Source: Dehalococcoidia bacterium
GTDB lineage: Bacteria; Chloroflexota; Dehalococcoidia; Lucifugimonadales; Lucifugimonadaceae
Direction: 5' to 3'
Assembly: GCA_965249505.1 (NCBI GenBank)
Contig: OZ252238.1
Coordinates: 2,011,273-2,075,272 of the forward strand
DNA length: 64,000 bases
In this document: positions 55,852 to 64,000 of the stretch, piece by piece
Layout of the letters: each line of letters starts with the position of its first letter
Position numbering within the stretch: position 1 is the stretch's first letter
Made by a program: the position numbers and the translations under genes
The notes under the pieces: generated by a model
What the model was told of the DNA's origin: nothing
The model's database searches: none
The model's input: the letters and a program-made list of their open reading frames with translations, nothing else

Positions 55852-57397
55852 GTGGACACAAGGCTTGCAGTTCCGGCTAACGGTCGGTGTTGCGACGTTG
55901 CTAACACTGATGCTGTTGGTCGTCAGCGCGTCAGCGGCATACTCCACGCGGGCCGCCATCGACGCCCACGAGGAAGAGTTGGAGTTATTCACCGAGGAAC
56001 GTACCCGCAGGCTCATTCAAGACGTCTACAGCACCGACAACGACATGATGCACGTGCAGTACTCGCTCCAGCAGGTGGGCAGAATGTTCCAAATGCGGTT
56101 GGCAATCGTCAACGAGGACGGTTTCGTCGTCGCGGATTCCCATCAGGCGCCGATCACAGCTGAAGGCAAGTACGACAAAGAAGGGAAACGATTCAGCGAC
56201 TTTTCTTCGTTCCGCATTTCACCTCTGCTGTTAGATGAAGCAACGGTCGGAAAGCTCTTGATTTCGCCCAAAGGCATTGAAGACATTCCGGCGTGGATTT
56301 TGAACAAAGACATGCATGGCACCGAGATACGGCCATCTCGTCCGTTCCGGCTGTCAATCGACGCCACACCCTCAGCAGAGCAGATAGCGGGTCTCAATTC
56401 ATTCCGAGACTCCCCGGTCTTTGAGATCCTCGACGAGGCGTTGGGAGACCTTGCGGTCGAACCTCAATTGAGCGCGTTAGAAGAGTCGTTCCAGAGGTCG
56501 CTTTTGATCGCCGGGATCGCAGGTGGGATCGCCGGCATACTGATCGTGGCCCTATTCACTCGAAGCATGCTTTCGCCTATCCACAAACTCTCTGCAGCCG
56601 CGACCGAGCTTGGCAAGGGCGAATTCGACCACCGCGTCGATGAAGACCGGAAAGACGAATTAGGACAGCTAGCTAGCACATTCAACGCGATGGCTACTCA
56701 GCTGCAAGACGCCGAGACGAACCGAAGACGCTTAACCGCGGACATTGCTCACGAGCTCCGAACGCCACTGACCAACATTCGTGGCTACCTCGAAGCCATC
56801 AAGGATGGAATCGTCGATCCAGACGATGAGGCAATAAAAACGCTGCACAAAGAGACGATCCATCTAACTGCCTTGGTCGACGATCTGCGGCTGTTGGCGA
56901 TCGCCGATGCTGGTGCGCTGCACTTGGACCTGGAGACCGACCGCCTCGACACCTATGTCGAAGCGGCGGTCGATCCGTTCCGACCTAGAGCACTCGAACA
57001 AGGGGTCTCTCTCGAATATGAAGACGACGATTCCGACCCGCTTGTGGACTTCGATCACACGAGAATGTCGCAAATCATAGGCAACCTTATCGAAAACGCT
57101 CTAACGCATACAGACGCCGGCGGCACGGTGAGCGTACGTATTGAGTCTTCCCCCGACCACCGCACTGTGCAACTAGTAGTCTCCGACGACGGATGCGGAA
57201 TAGCCGAGGAAGACGCACAGAAGATCTTCGACCAATTCTTCAAGGCCGATGTTTCAAGAGCGCGATCAGCGGGCGGGGGGCTTGGCCTAACGATCGTCAA
57301 GCGTCTCGTCGAGGCGCATAATGGTGAAATAAGCGTCGAGAGCGTTCTGGGCGAAGGGTCGACATTTACGGTGGTTCTGCCCGCCACAGATCGTTAA
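55826..57397 (+). CDS. Sensor histidine kinase (TM, periplasmic domain, TM, HAMP, HisKA, HATPase_c)
   Basis: 523-aa ORF with the H-box IAHELRTPLTNIRGYLE, the N-box LIENALTH, and the G-boxes DDGCGI and GLGLTIVKRLVEAHNG. Confidence 0.95.
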   Translation: MDTDLNLPEWTQGLQFRLTVGVATLLTLMLLVVSASAAYSTRAAIDAHEEELELFTEERTRRLIQDVYSTDNDMMHVQYSLQQVGRMFQMRLAIVNEDGFVVADSHQAPITAEGKYDKEGKRFSDFSSFRISPLLLDEATVGKLLISPKGIEDIPAWILNKDMHGTEIRPSRPFRLSIDATPSAEQIAGLNSFRDSPVFEILDEALGDLAVEPQLSALEESFQRSLLIAGIAGGIAGILIVALFTRSMLSPIHKLSAAATELGKGEFDHRVDEDRKDELGQLASTFNAMATQLQDAETNRRRLTADIAHELRTPLTNIRGYLEAIKDGIVDPDDEAIKTLHKETIHLTALVDDLRLLAIADAGALHLDLETDRLDTYVEAAVDPFRPRALEQGVSLEYEDDDSDPLVDFDHTRMSQIIGNLIENALTHTDAGGTVSVRIESSPDHRTVQLVVSDDGCGIAEEDAQKIFDQFFKADVSRARSAGGGLGLTIVKRLVEAHNGEISVESVLGEGSTFTVVLPATDR

Positions 57398-57493
57398 TCA
57401 CATTTCGGTGCACAAGATAGCCGAAACTTCACGCCAAACGTGAATCCCATCTATGTGGGCGACGGCGACGACGCATTGCCAAATTGATCTAAG

Positions 57494-58609
57494 ATGCGAT
57501 CTTCAGACACATTCGATGCGATCGTTATTGGTGGTGGTGCGATTGGGTGTGCGGTTTCATTGGAACTCAGCCGACGCGGACTGTCAGTGGCGGTGGTCGA
57601 ACGCGATTCTGTTGCAGGCAACGCATCAGGATTCGCGTGGGGAGGCTTGTCCGCGAATTTCGGAGCCGGCGTACCGGGCCCGATGCTCAAGCACTACAAG
57701 CGGGCCATCGAGATGCATCTAAGCATCAACGACGAACTCAATGACACCACGACTCACGATTGGGAACTGAAGCCTGTCCAATCTATGTCACTTGCCTACG
57801 ATGAACCGGACCTGGAGGCGATCCGAAACGATGTCAAATGGATGCAGTCGGAGGGTTTCAATGCTGAAGTGATATCCGGCGAAGAGGCTGTGCGATTGGA
57901 GCCAGCGATCGCCGATGGCGTTCTCGGGGCATCGCTTCTGGACTGCCAATGGGAACTCGATTCTCTTAGCTACTCTTTGGCTCTCGCCGAGGAGTCTCGT
58001 AGACGCGGAACCGTCTTCACGGATGGGGTGGTCGGAGAGGTTTGTTTCGCTGGTTCGAAGGCGACCGGCGTCCGATTACGGAGCGATGCTGAATTAGCCG
58101 CTCCCATCGTTGTCGCCGCAACAGGACCGTGGGCGTCTGAGATCGGAGGGGTGCCCGACTTGCCGATCCGCCCAATAAAAGGTGAAATCCTTCGATTGGA
58201 GCGTGAAGGAAACGATCTCAAATACAGAGTCGGTTGCTATGGACGCAATGTAGGGCGCAAACCGGACGGGTCCGTGTGGGCCGGGACTTATGAGTGGGAG
58301 CGGGGGTTCGACAGAGGTACGACGAAGGAGGGTATGAACCACATCATGGATGGTGTGAACAAATATCTGCCTTCTCTCGCAACGGCTCCGTTGCAAAGGG
58401 CGACGGCGTGTTTGAGACCCGTTTCGAGCGATGGCATGCCTATAGTGGGTGCCGTTGGCGGTGCGGACGGCCTGTTCGTCGCAAACGGAGCTGGCAAGAA
58501 AGGGATACTTTTGTCGCCTCTAATGGCGGAGATAATCGCCGATGTCGCAATTGATTCCACCGACCCTCCAATCGCGATGGACCCCGCTCGATTTCACATA
58601 GGCATATGA
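57494..58609 (+). CDS. FAD-dependent oxidoreductase (DAO family; glycine/D-amino-acid/sarcosine oxidase-like)
   Basis: 371-aa ORF with the N-terminal dinucleotide fold FDAIVIGGGAIGCAVSLELSRRGLSVAVVER and a C-terminal GAGKKGILLSP. Confidence 0.85.
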   Translation: MRSSDTFDAIVIGGGAIGCAVSLELSRRGLSVAVVERDSVAGNASGFAWGGLSANFGAGVPGPMLKHYKRAIEMHLSINDELNDTTTHDWELKPVQSMSLAYDEPDLEAIRNDVKWMQSEGFNAEVISGEEAVRLEPAIADGVLGASLLDCQWELDSLSYSLALAEESRRRGTVFTDGVVGEVCFAGSKATGVRLRSDAELAAPIVVAATGPWASEIGGVPDLPIRPIKGEILRLEREGNDLKYRVGCYGRNVGRKPDGSVWAGTYEWERGFDRGTTKEGMNHIMDGVNKYLPSLATAPLQRATACLRPVSSDGMPIVGAVGGADGLFVANGAGKKGILLSPLMAEIIADVAIDSTDPPIAMDPARFHIGI

Positions 58610-58683
58610 GTTCGGATTTTGGTTGGAATTCGTAACTTAAAGTTGATCGCTGGTATATTTGTTGCGCAAGAGGACTCATTTAA

Positions 58684-59721
58684 GTGGTGAATAGCAACAT
58701 GTCGGACACAGACGTAAGTACAGGCAAAATGGGCACATCCGAACGCATGAGTGGATACTACTCGTACCGTTACGGGGATTCCTTCGAAGACAAGAAGAAC
58801 CGAAAAAAGATCGTCAACTCCAGGGTTCCCGAAGATCCCCAGAATCTCGACTCTGAGGAGCGTAAGGAGAGCTTTCGGAATGGTTTGTACCCGTACAGAC
58901 GAAAGATCGCTCTCTCTTCGTACTATGACAACAAATTCCCGCTTCAGATCGAACTGGTGAAGATGCAGAACTGGGTTCGCGCGACCGGCCAAAAGGTAGT
59001 GATCGTCTGCGAAGGGCGTGACGCGGCAGGAAAGGGCGGCACCATCAGGCGCTTCATGGAGCACCTAAACCCAAGAGGTGCAAGCGTCGTTGCGCTTGAA
59101 AAACCGACGGAAGAGGAGCAGGGGCAGTGGTACTTCCAACGCTACGTGCGTCACATGCCTACCGCCGGCGAAATCGCTCTGTTCGACAGGTCTTGGTACA
59201 ACCGCGCCGGCGTGGAGCGGGTGATGGGCTTTTGCACCAACGAAGAGTATGAGCATTTCCTGCGCGAGACTCCGCTCTTGGAGAGGATGTGGGTCGAAAG
59301 CGGAATCCGATTGATAAAGCTCTACTTCTCCGTTAGCCAGAGAGAACAGGCACGCCGATTCAAACGCCGACAGAAAGATCCTTTAAAGCAGTGGAAGATG
59401 AGCCCGATCGACTTGGCTTCAAGAGATCGATGGGATGACTACACGGTAGCTAAAGAGACCATGTTTTACCACACCCACACCGAAGGGGCGCCATGGTACC
59501 TGGTCAAGTCAGACGACAAAATGCGCGCACGGATAAACACTATGCGTCATGTGCTCAACCTGCTTCCCTACGACGACAAAGATGACACGGTCGTCTACCC
59601 GGCGGACCCTTGGCTTATCGCAAGTGCTTCTGAAGTCTGGAAGATCAAGCCCCAAGACGAAAAGTTGGCGCTTCTCAACGGCACCTCAGTCAGTCCTGAA
59701 ACCGCTCCCGTCGGAGCATAA
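58684..59721 (+). CDS. ppk2: Polyphosphate kinase 2 family protein
   Basis: It has the Walker A-like CEGRDAAGKGGTI, plus QWYFQRY, FDRSWYNR and lid-region motifs. The start is uncertain (GTG 58684 or ATG 58699). Confidence 0.9.
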   Translation: MVNSNMSDTDVSTGKMGTSERMSGYYSYRYGDSFEDKKNRKKIVNSRVPEDPQNLDSEERKESFRNGLYPYRRKIALSSYYDNKFPLQIELVKMQNWVRATGQKVVIVCEGRDAAGKGGTIRRFMEHLNPRGASVVALEKPTEEEQGQWYFQRYVRHMPTAGEIALFDRSWYNRAGVERVMGFCTNEEYEHFLRETPLLERMWVESGIRLIKLYFSVSQREQARRFKRRQKDPLKQWKMSPIDLASRDRWDDYTVAKETMFYHTHTEGAPWYLVKSDDKMRARINTMRHVLNLLPYDDKDDTVVYPADPWLIASASEVWKIKPQDEKLALLNGTSVSPETAPVGA

Positions 59722-59757
59722 AGACTCGACAGCCCAATCAGGTGAATCGTCGCGGCT

Positions 59758-60531
59758 TCATTGAGCGGTGAACCCGCCGTCGATGACCAAACAAGCTCCG
59801 GTCACGAATGACGCTTCGTCGGATGCCAAAAATAGTGCCGCTCTGGCGATCTCTATGGGCTCCGCAAATCTACCCATCGGGTGCAAGCCGACAATTCGTT
59901 CGTACATCTCCGGGTTTTCGCTCGTTCCCCGCGTCATGTCGGTGTGAGTGAAGCCTGGGCACACTGCGTTGACTCGAATGTTCGATTTCGCCAGACCCAA
60001 CGCCATGTCCCGCGTCATGTTCACGACTCCGCCCTTTGAGTGAGGGTAGGGATGGAATCCGTCTGTTACGAAGTCTGGATAACCTATCAATCCGCGTATC
60101 GAAGCCAAGTGCACGATCGCGCCACTGCCCTGCTCTTTCATGTGCCCGGCAGCTTGGCGGGCCATCAACATAGAGCCTTTCAAGTTAACGTCGATCACAA
60201 AATCCCAGATCTCTTCGAAAGTTGCATCATCTGGGGCAGATCGGGGTGACACTCCAGCGCTGTTAACCAATATGTCCACCGAACCCAGCTTCTCGACGGT
60301 CTCATTCACGACACTCCCGCATTGGTCGTTGTCTGTTACATCCAATTGCATCGCGATGCTCGTGCCACCTTTGCTCTCTATTCGAGAAGCGACTTCTCGA
60401 GCCGCTTCTAGATTGAGGTCGCCAATCGAAACGCCGGCGCCCTCATCCGAAAACAGCTCGGCGCAGGCAGCCCCGATTCCAGAGCCACCGCCGGTTATCA
60501 GCGCGGACTTGCCTTGGAGTCGACCTGTCAT
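59758..60531 (-). CDS. SDR-family oxidoreductase
   Basis: 257-aa ORF with TGGGSGIG, NSAG and YPHSKGG (YxxxK) motifs. Confidence 0.9.
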   Translation of the reverse strand: MTGRLQGKSALITGGGSGIGAACAELFSDEGAGVSIGDLNLEAAREVASRIESKGGTSIAMQLDVTDNDQCGSVVNETVEKLGSVDILVNSAGVSPRSAPDDATFEEIWDFVIDVNLKGSMLMARQAAGHMKEQGSGAIVHLASIRGLIGYPDFVTDGFHPYPHSKGGVVNMTRDMALGLAKSNIRVNAVCPGFTHTDMTRGTSENPEMYERIVGLHPMGRFAEPIEIARAALFLASDEASFVTGACLVIDGGFTAQ

Positions 60532-61295
60532 TTCGCGGTGTAGCCCCCATCAACCGGCAAAAGAGAACCTGTTACAAACGAGGATTCGTCGGACGCGAGG
60601 TAGAGCGCGGCGTAAGCGATCTCCATGGGTTCTCCCAACCGACCCATCGGATGCAGCGATTCGAGGTGCAACCTCATATCCGCATCGTCGGTGAGCGACT
60701 TTGTCAGGTTTGTGTATGTAAACCCAGGACACAGTGCATTTACGCGAATTCCAGACTTCGCCAGCGCCACACCCATGTCGCGCGTCATCTGTACCACTCC
60801 ACCTTTCGAGTGAGGATATGGGTTGAATCCGTCGCTAAACCCTTCTGCGTAACCTACAAGTCCAATGATCGAAGCAAGATTGACGATTGAACCATAAGCT
60901 GTCGTCTTCATGTGCTGAACAGCAGCGTGCGACATCATCATGCTGCCTTTGAGATTCACATCGATTACCCAATCCCAGCGCTGCTCCATATCCCACTCCG
61001 CCGGCGCCTTCCGAGGAGTGACTCCCGCGCTATTCACCAAAACATGTAGATCGCCAAAACGCTCCACGGCGTCTCGTACTAAAGCTACGCACTGGTCTCG
61101 CTTCGTCACGTCGACCGACAGCGCCAGGGCCTCACCCCCAGAACCTCTTACCCTCTCGGCCACCTCTTCCGCGTCCTGCGATTCCAGGTCCGCAACCACG
61201 ACTCGTGCGCCTTCTTTGGAGAATAGTTCAGCGCATGCAGAGCCGATGCCTGAACCTCCGCCAGTAATCAGAGCTGTTTTGCCTTCTAGCCTCAA
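60528..61295 (-). CDS. SDR-family oxidoreductase (tandem paralog)
   Basis: 255-aa ORF with TGGGSGIG, NSAG and YPHSKGG motifs. It is colinear with the downstream copy and overlaps its start by 4 nt. Confidence 0.9.
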   Translation of the reverse strand: MRLEGKTALITGGGSGIGSACAELFSKEGARVVVADLESQDAEEVAERVRGSGGEALALSVDVTKRDQCVALVRDAVERFGDLHVLVNSAGVTPRKAPAEWDMEQRWDWVIDVNLKGSMMMSHAAVQHMKTTAYGSIVNLASIIGLVGYAEGFSDGFNPYPHSKGGVVQMTRDMGVALAKSGIRVNALCPGFTYTNLTKSLTDDADMRLHLESLHPMGRLGEPMEIAYAALYLASDESSFVTGSLLPVDGGYTAK

Positions 61296-61403
61296 TTTTT
61301 CGTGACGTATATGTGTGCTCGGAAGTTAAAATCACATCGTCGCGGCAGTGCGCTCCGACTGACGAAGGTAATGTTACGCCAATCGCAATCCCGTTGATTC
61401 CCA

Positions 61404-62045
61404 ATGACCCAGACCGCACGAAGGCAGAGACGCCGAGCAACTGAGACCGTTGACGTTGGTGACGAGGTCGTTTCCGACGCGGAGGGCGGCGTCGATCCAA
61501 CAGTTTCGGCATTAGATTTTGCCCATCCGCTGAGACGGGTTTACGCCTTTCTCATAGATGTCGGCGTCTTGATGATGGTAATCTTTATGGTCGCCCCAGT
61601 GGCCGGCGGCCGCGTGTTCAGCCCCGAAGCGGCCGTAGTTGACGTCTTCGTCTTTCTCGGGTATTTCGTAGTTCCAACCGGCTTATTCGGAAGAACCCCC
61701 GGCAAGTGGGTGGCAGGCATCTCCGTCGTCGATGACGAGGGCGTGAAACCCGGCGTCGCCGTCGCGATCCCCAGAGAGATGGTGGGAAGATTCGTCGCCA
61801 CTATTTCGGTAGGAGTGGGTCTGGCTTGGATCCTGTTCGATCCCCAAAGACAAGGTTGGCACGACAAGATCGCTGGAACCTACGTGATCAATACCCCCAA
61901 CAGCGGCGGCCCTGGCTTCGTCTCACGGTTTTTCTTCCCGGACGAGAAAAGTGGCGACGAAAAATCGAGGACGAACAAGACCCAGCGGCACTCTGGCCGT
62001 CCTGCCGAACGCCAAAAGCGGTGGCGCAGGGGCAAGAGTCGATGA
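61404..62045 (+). CDS. RDD-family membrane protein
   Basis: 213-aa ORF with RRVYAFLIDVGVL, GRTPGKWVAGISVV and QGWHDKIAGTYVI, typical of the RDD domain. It has a basic C-terminal tail. Confidence 0.8.
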   Translation: MTQTARRQRRRATETVDVGDEVVSDAEGGVDPTVSALDFAHPLRRVYAFLIDVGVLMMVIFMVAPVAGGRVFSPEAAVVDVFVFLGYFVVPTGLFGRTPGKWVAGISVVDDEGVKPGVAVAIPREMVGRFVATISVGVGLAWILFDPQRQGWHDKIAGTYVINTPNSGGPGFVSRFFFPDEKSGDEKSRTNKTQRHSGRPAERQKRWRRGKSR

Positions 62046-62098
62046 TGAATACCCCCTAGATTAGAGTGATCGACGAAAATCTCGTTGGAGGCGCACAT

Positions 62099-63280
62099 AT
62101 GGCGATATCGAAGACAGCCAGAATCCAGATGCAGGAGAGTTCTTGGATTCGCCGGATGTTCGAAGAAGGGTTGGAGCTGAGGCGAATTCACGGGGCCGAA
62201 AACGTGTTCGATCTCTCGCTCGGGAATCCCTTGCTAGAGCCCCCTATCGAGTTTAAGCGGGCGCTCCGTGAAATCGCAGAAGAACCCGACGCCGGATGGC
62301 ATCGTTACATGCCCAATGGCGGCTTCCTTGAGACTCGTGCGGCCGTCGCTGAGGCGCTCTCATCCGAGAGTGGAATCAATTTCGAAGCCACCGAAATCCT
62401 GATGACCGTCGGGGCCGCCGGGGCCATCAACGTGGCGTTGCGATCATTGCTCGACCCAGGCGACGAGGTGATCATCATCGCCCCGTACTTCGCCGAGTAC
62501 ATCTTCTACATCCAACACGCAAACGGAGTTGTACGAGAGGCACAATCGAGACCGGACTTCATGCCTGACTTCGATTCCATCGCCGGGCTTCTCAACGAAC
62601 GAACCAAAGCGATCATCATCAATTCACCCAACAACCCATCGGGAGTGATCTACTCAGAGAGCACGATTGCCGAATTAGGTCGAACCCTCAGGCGTGCCGA
62701 GGACAGATACGGTTCAGAGATATACATCATCTCCGACGAGCCTTACCGGAAACTGATCTATACGGACCAGTCGTACCCCTTCGTATTCCACCAGCATCCT
62801 AGGACCATCGTCGCGACGTCGCACTCAAAAGACTTGGGCCTGGCTGGGGAACGAATCGGCTATCTCGCAGTGAATCCGGACGACGCTGGCAAGGCAGACC
62901 TACTCGACGCAGCCAACTTCATGATTCGCACTCTAGGCTTCGTCAACGCGCCGGCGATCATGCAACGCGTAGTTTCGAAGCTCCAAGGTTCGAGCGTGGA
63001 CATCGATGAGTATCGTCGGAAGCGCGACTTCATTCACTCGAATCTGACCCGCATCGGCTACCCATGTCAGCTGCCAGACGGCGGGTTCTATCTCTTCCCC
63101 AAATCTCCGTTGGAAGACGACCAAGCCTTCATCGAACTGCTGAAGAGCAAACTTGTGCTGGTGGTGCCGGGGATCGGCTTCGGAATGGGCGGGTACTTCA
63201 GAATCTCTTACTGTGTTGAGGATGCAGTGCTGGAGGGCGCGTTGACGGGTTTCGAGGATGCGTTTAACGAAGCCGCATGA
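62099..63280 (+). CDS. Class I/II PLP-dependent aminotransferase (AspC/AlaT-like)
   Basis: The ATG at 62099 is preceded by GGAGG (62087..62091). It has SLGNP, NSPNNPSG and TSHSKDLGLAGERIGY (PLP lysine). The longest ORF starts at 62066. Confidence 0.85.
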   Translation: MAISKTARIQMQESSWIRRMFEEGLELRRIHGAENVFDLSLGNPLLEPPIEFKRALREIAEEPDAGWHRYMPNGGFLETRAAVAEALSSESGINFEATEILMTVGAAGAINVALRSLLDPGDEVIIIAPYFAEYIFYIQHANGVVREAQSRPDFMPDFDSIAGLLNERTKAIIINSPNNPSGVIYSESTIAELGRTLRRAEDRYGSEIYIISDEPYRKLIYTDQSYPFVFHQHPRTIVATSHSKDLGLAGERIGYLAVNPDDAGKADLLDAANFMIRTLGFVNAPAIMQRVVSKLQGSSVDIDEYRRKRDFIHSNLTRIGYPCQLPDGGFYLFPKSPLEDDQAFIELLKSKLVLVVPGIGFGMGGYFRISYCVEDAVLEGALTGFEDAFNEAA

Positions 63281-63858
63281 TGGATTTAGAATCTCCCTTT
63301 ATGTCCCATCGTTTTAATGAAACTCCGAAACGAATTCTACTCGCATCGTTGCTGCTAGCCCTCGGCGTTTCGTTGCTGTTGGCGATCAGTTGCGGCGAAG
63401 GCGAGGAGGAAGATGCGCCAATCATTCTCCCGACCGCCACACCCGGAGCGATGCCGGCTACGCCAACTGCGACTGTCCTGCAGTCGGAATCGACCGGGGC
63501 GCTCCAGGTCGGATTCAATTTCGGGACGCAGGGTCAACCTCAACAAGGCGCCGGCGTCTTGACGCAAGTAGGTAGAGGGACCCGCATCGAAATCAACGTT
63601 CGGCCCGGACTCGGAGCTGTCCAACAGGCGAGCATTAGAGAGGGTCAATGCGATTCTGTGGGCAAGTGGATCGATAGCGTCGACCCAGCAATCGGTGGAG
63701 TATCAAATTCCGAACTGAAGGAGCTTCACATTCGGGACATCGTCGACGGCAATCACCTGCTTGCCTTATCTCTCCCAGGCGGCACATTCAGCCAAATTGC
63801 AACCTGCGCGAACCTACCCGATCTCAGCCACCTGGACTTGCCCGACGAAGCGCCTTAG
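63277..63858 (+). CDS. Hypothetical exported protein / putative lipoprotein
   Basis: 193-aa ORF with a signal peptide and a lipobox-like LLAISC, then an acidic and P/T-rich linker and a ~120-aa domain I do not recognise. Its start overlaps the upstream stop (ATGA). Confidence 0.6.
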   Translation: MMDLESPFMSHRFNETPKRILLASLLLALGVSLLLAISCGEGEEEDAPIILPTATPGAMPATPTATVLQSESTGALQVGFNFGTQGQPQQGAGVLTQVGRGTRIEINVRPGLGAVQQASIREGQCDSVGKWIDSVDPAIGGVSNSELKELHIRDIVDGNHLLALSLPGGTFSQIATCANLPDLSHLDLPDEAP

Positions 63859-63882
63859 CCGCTAATCTCTTCGGCCGTTCGG

Positions 63883-64000
63883 TTAAATCCGCAAAGGCTC
63901 TTTGAGCCCAGATCCCGTGACGGGCACGACGACCACGGCGTCGCTTTCTATCGAACCGTTGGAAATCAGCGTTTCGAGGCCCGCAAATGCGGCTGCAGAC
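63883..64000 (-). CDS. 3' end of a threonine-synthase-like PLP enzyme (partial, runs off the window)
   Basis: The reverse-strand translation ...SAAAFAGLETLISNGSIESDAVVVVPVTGSGLKEPLRI* resembles the C-terminal TG.GLKD segment of threonine synthases. Only 39 codons are visible. Confidence 0.4.
   Translation of the reverse strand, partial: SAAAFAGLETLISNGSIESDAVVVVPVTGSGLKEPLRI

Overview
All calls below come from reading the supplied ORF translations and the DNA by eye. No similarity search, HMM scan, RNA fold or statistic was run.

The window looks like a contiguous, moderately GC-rich bacterial chromosomal segment. I found no rRNA, tRNA, CRISPR array, transposase, integrase or phage gene.

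**Gene content, in order:**
- 1-8.9 kb: an oxidoreductase and hydrolase neighbourhood. It holds two tandem Zn-ADH paralogs plus a decayed third copy, an 880-aa PHP/CehA-like protein, a DUF4432-like protein, an aldo/keto reductase and an amidohydrolase.
- 9.1-9.85 kb: a toxin-antitoxin remnant with an intact AbrB-type antitoxin and a decayed PIN toxin.
- 9.95-13.8 kb: two exported PD40/TolB-type beta-propeller proteins, one of which carries a vWA domain.
- 15-21 kb, minus strand: a seven-gene corrinoid methyltransferase operon.
- 21.1-28.9 kb: a family-5 solute-binding protein with two permeases and no ATPase, followed by HIBADH-like, tartrate/isopropylmalate-dehydrogenase-like and AKR genes.
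- 30.1-31.6 kb: a DNA-repair-type radical SAM/HhH protein.
- 31.7-42.1 kb, minus strand: a housekeeping run of smpB, S41 peptidase, hflX, dapL, dapF, miaA, tpiA, pgk, a polyprenyl-synthase-like gene and tsaC.
- 42.2-48.5 kb: guaA-purD-purB-purC-DUF3105-purS.
- 48.5-54.9 kb, minus strand: hisZ-hisG-hisD-hisC-(PIG-L)-hisB.
- 55.1-64 kb: an OmpR/HK pair, an FAD oxidoreductase, PPK2, two tandem SDRs, an RDD protein, an aminotransferase, a small lipoprotein and the 3' end of a threonine-synthase-like gene.

**Most interesting observations:**
1. The corrinoid operon reads like a methionine synthase taken apart. It has a homocysteine-binding Zn methyltransferase, an MtaA/URO-D-type Zn methyltransferase, a corrinoid protein and a RACo/RamA-type reductive activase. 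Three uncharacterised small or medium ORFs sit among them. There is no folate-binding module and no AdoMet-activation module.
2. A family of modular hairpin repeats fills at least seven intergenic sites. It resembles BIME/REP mosaics and includes a roughly 1.2-kb non-coding array of about 3.5 composite super-units at 28.9-30.1 kb.
3. Three otherwise unrelated exported proteins share an N-terminal amphipathic V-E-V-x-R/K-E-V stalk. In one of them it is encoded by a clean 51-bp tandem DNA repeat.

**Smaller oddities:**
- tpiA has no ATG, GTG or TTG upstream of its catalytic NWK motif, so a CTG start is implied.
- A polyprenyl synthase homolog has both Asp-rich motifs degenerate.
- A long-form HisG is translationally coupled to a HisZ-like protein.
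- A radical SAM DNA-repair gene lacks its usual partner.

Lineage is inference only. The monoderm-style stalks and the many oxidoreductase paralogs are compatible with a marine Chloroflexota-like organism, but I cannot verify this.
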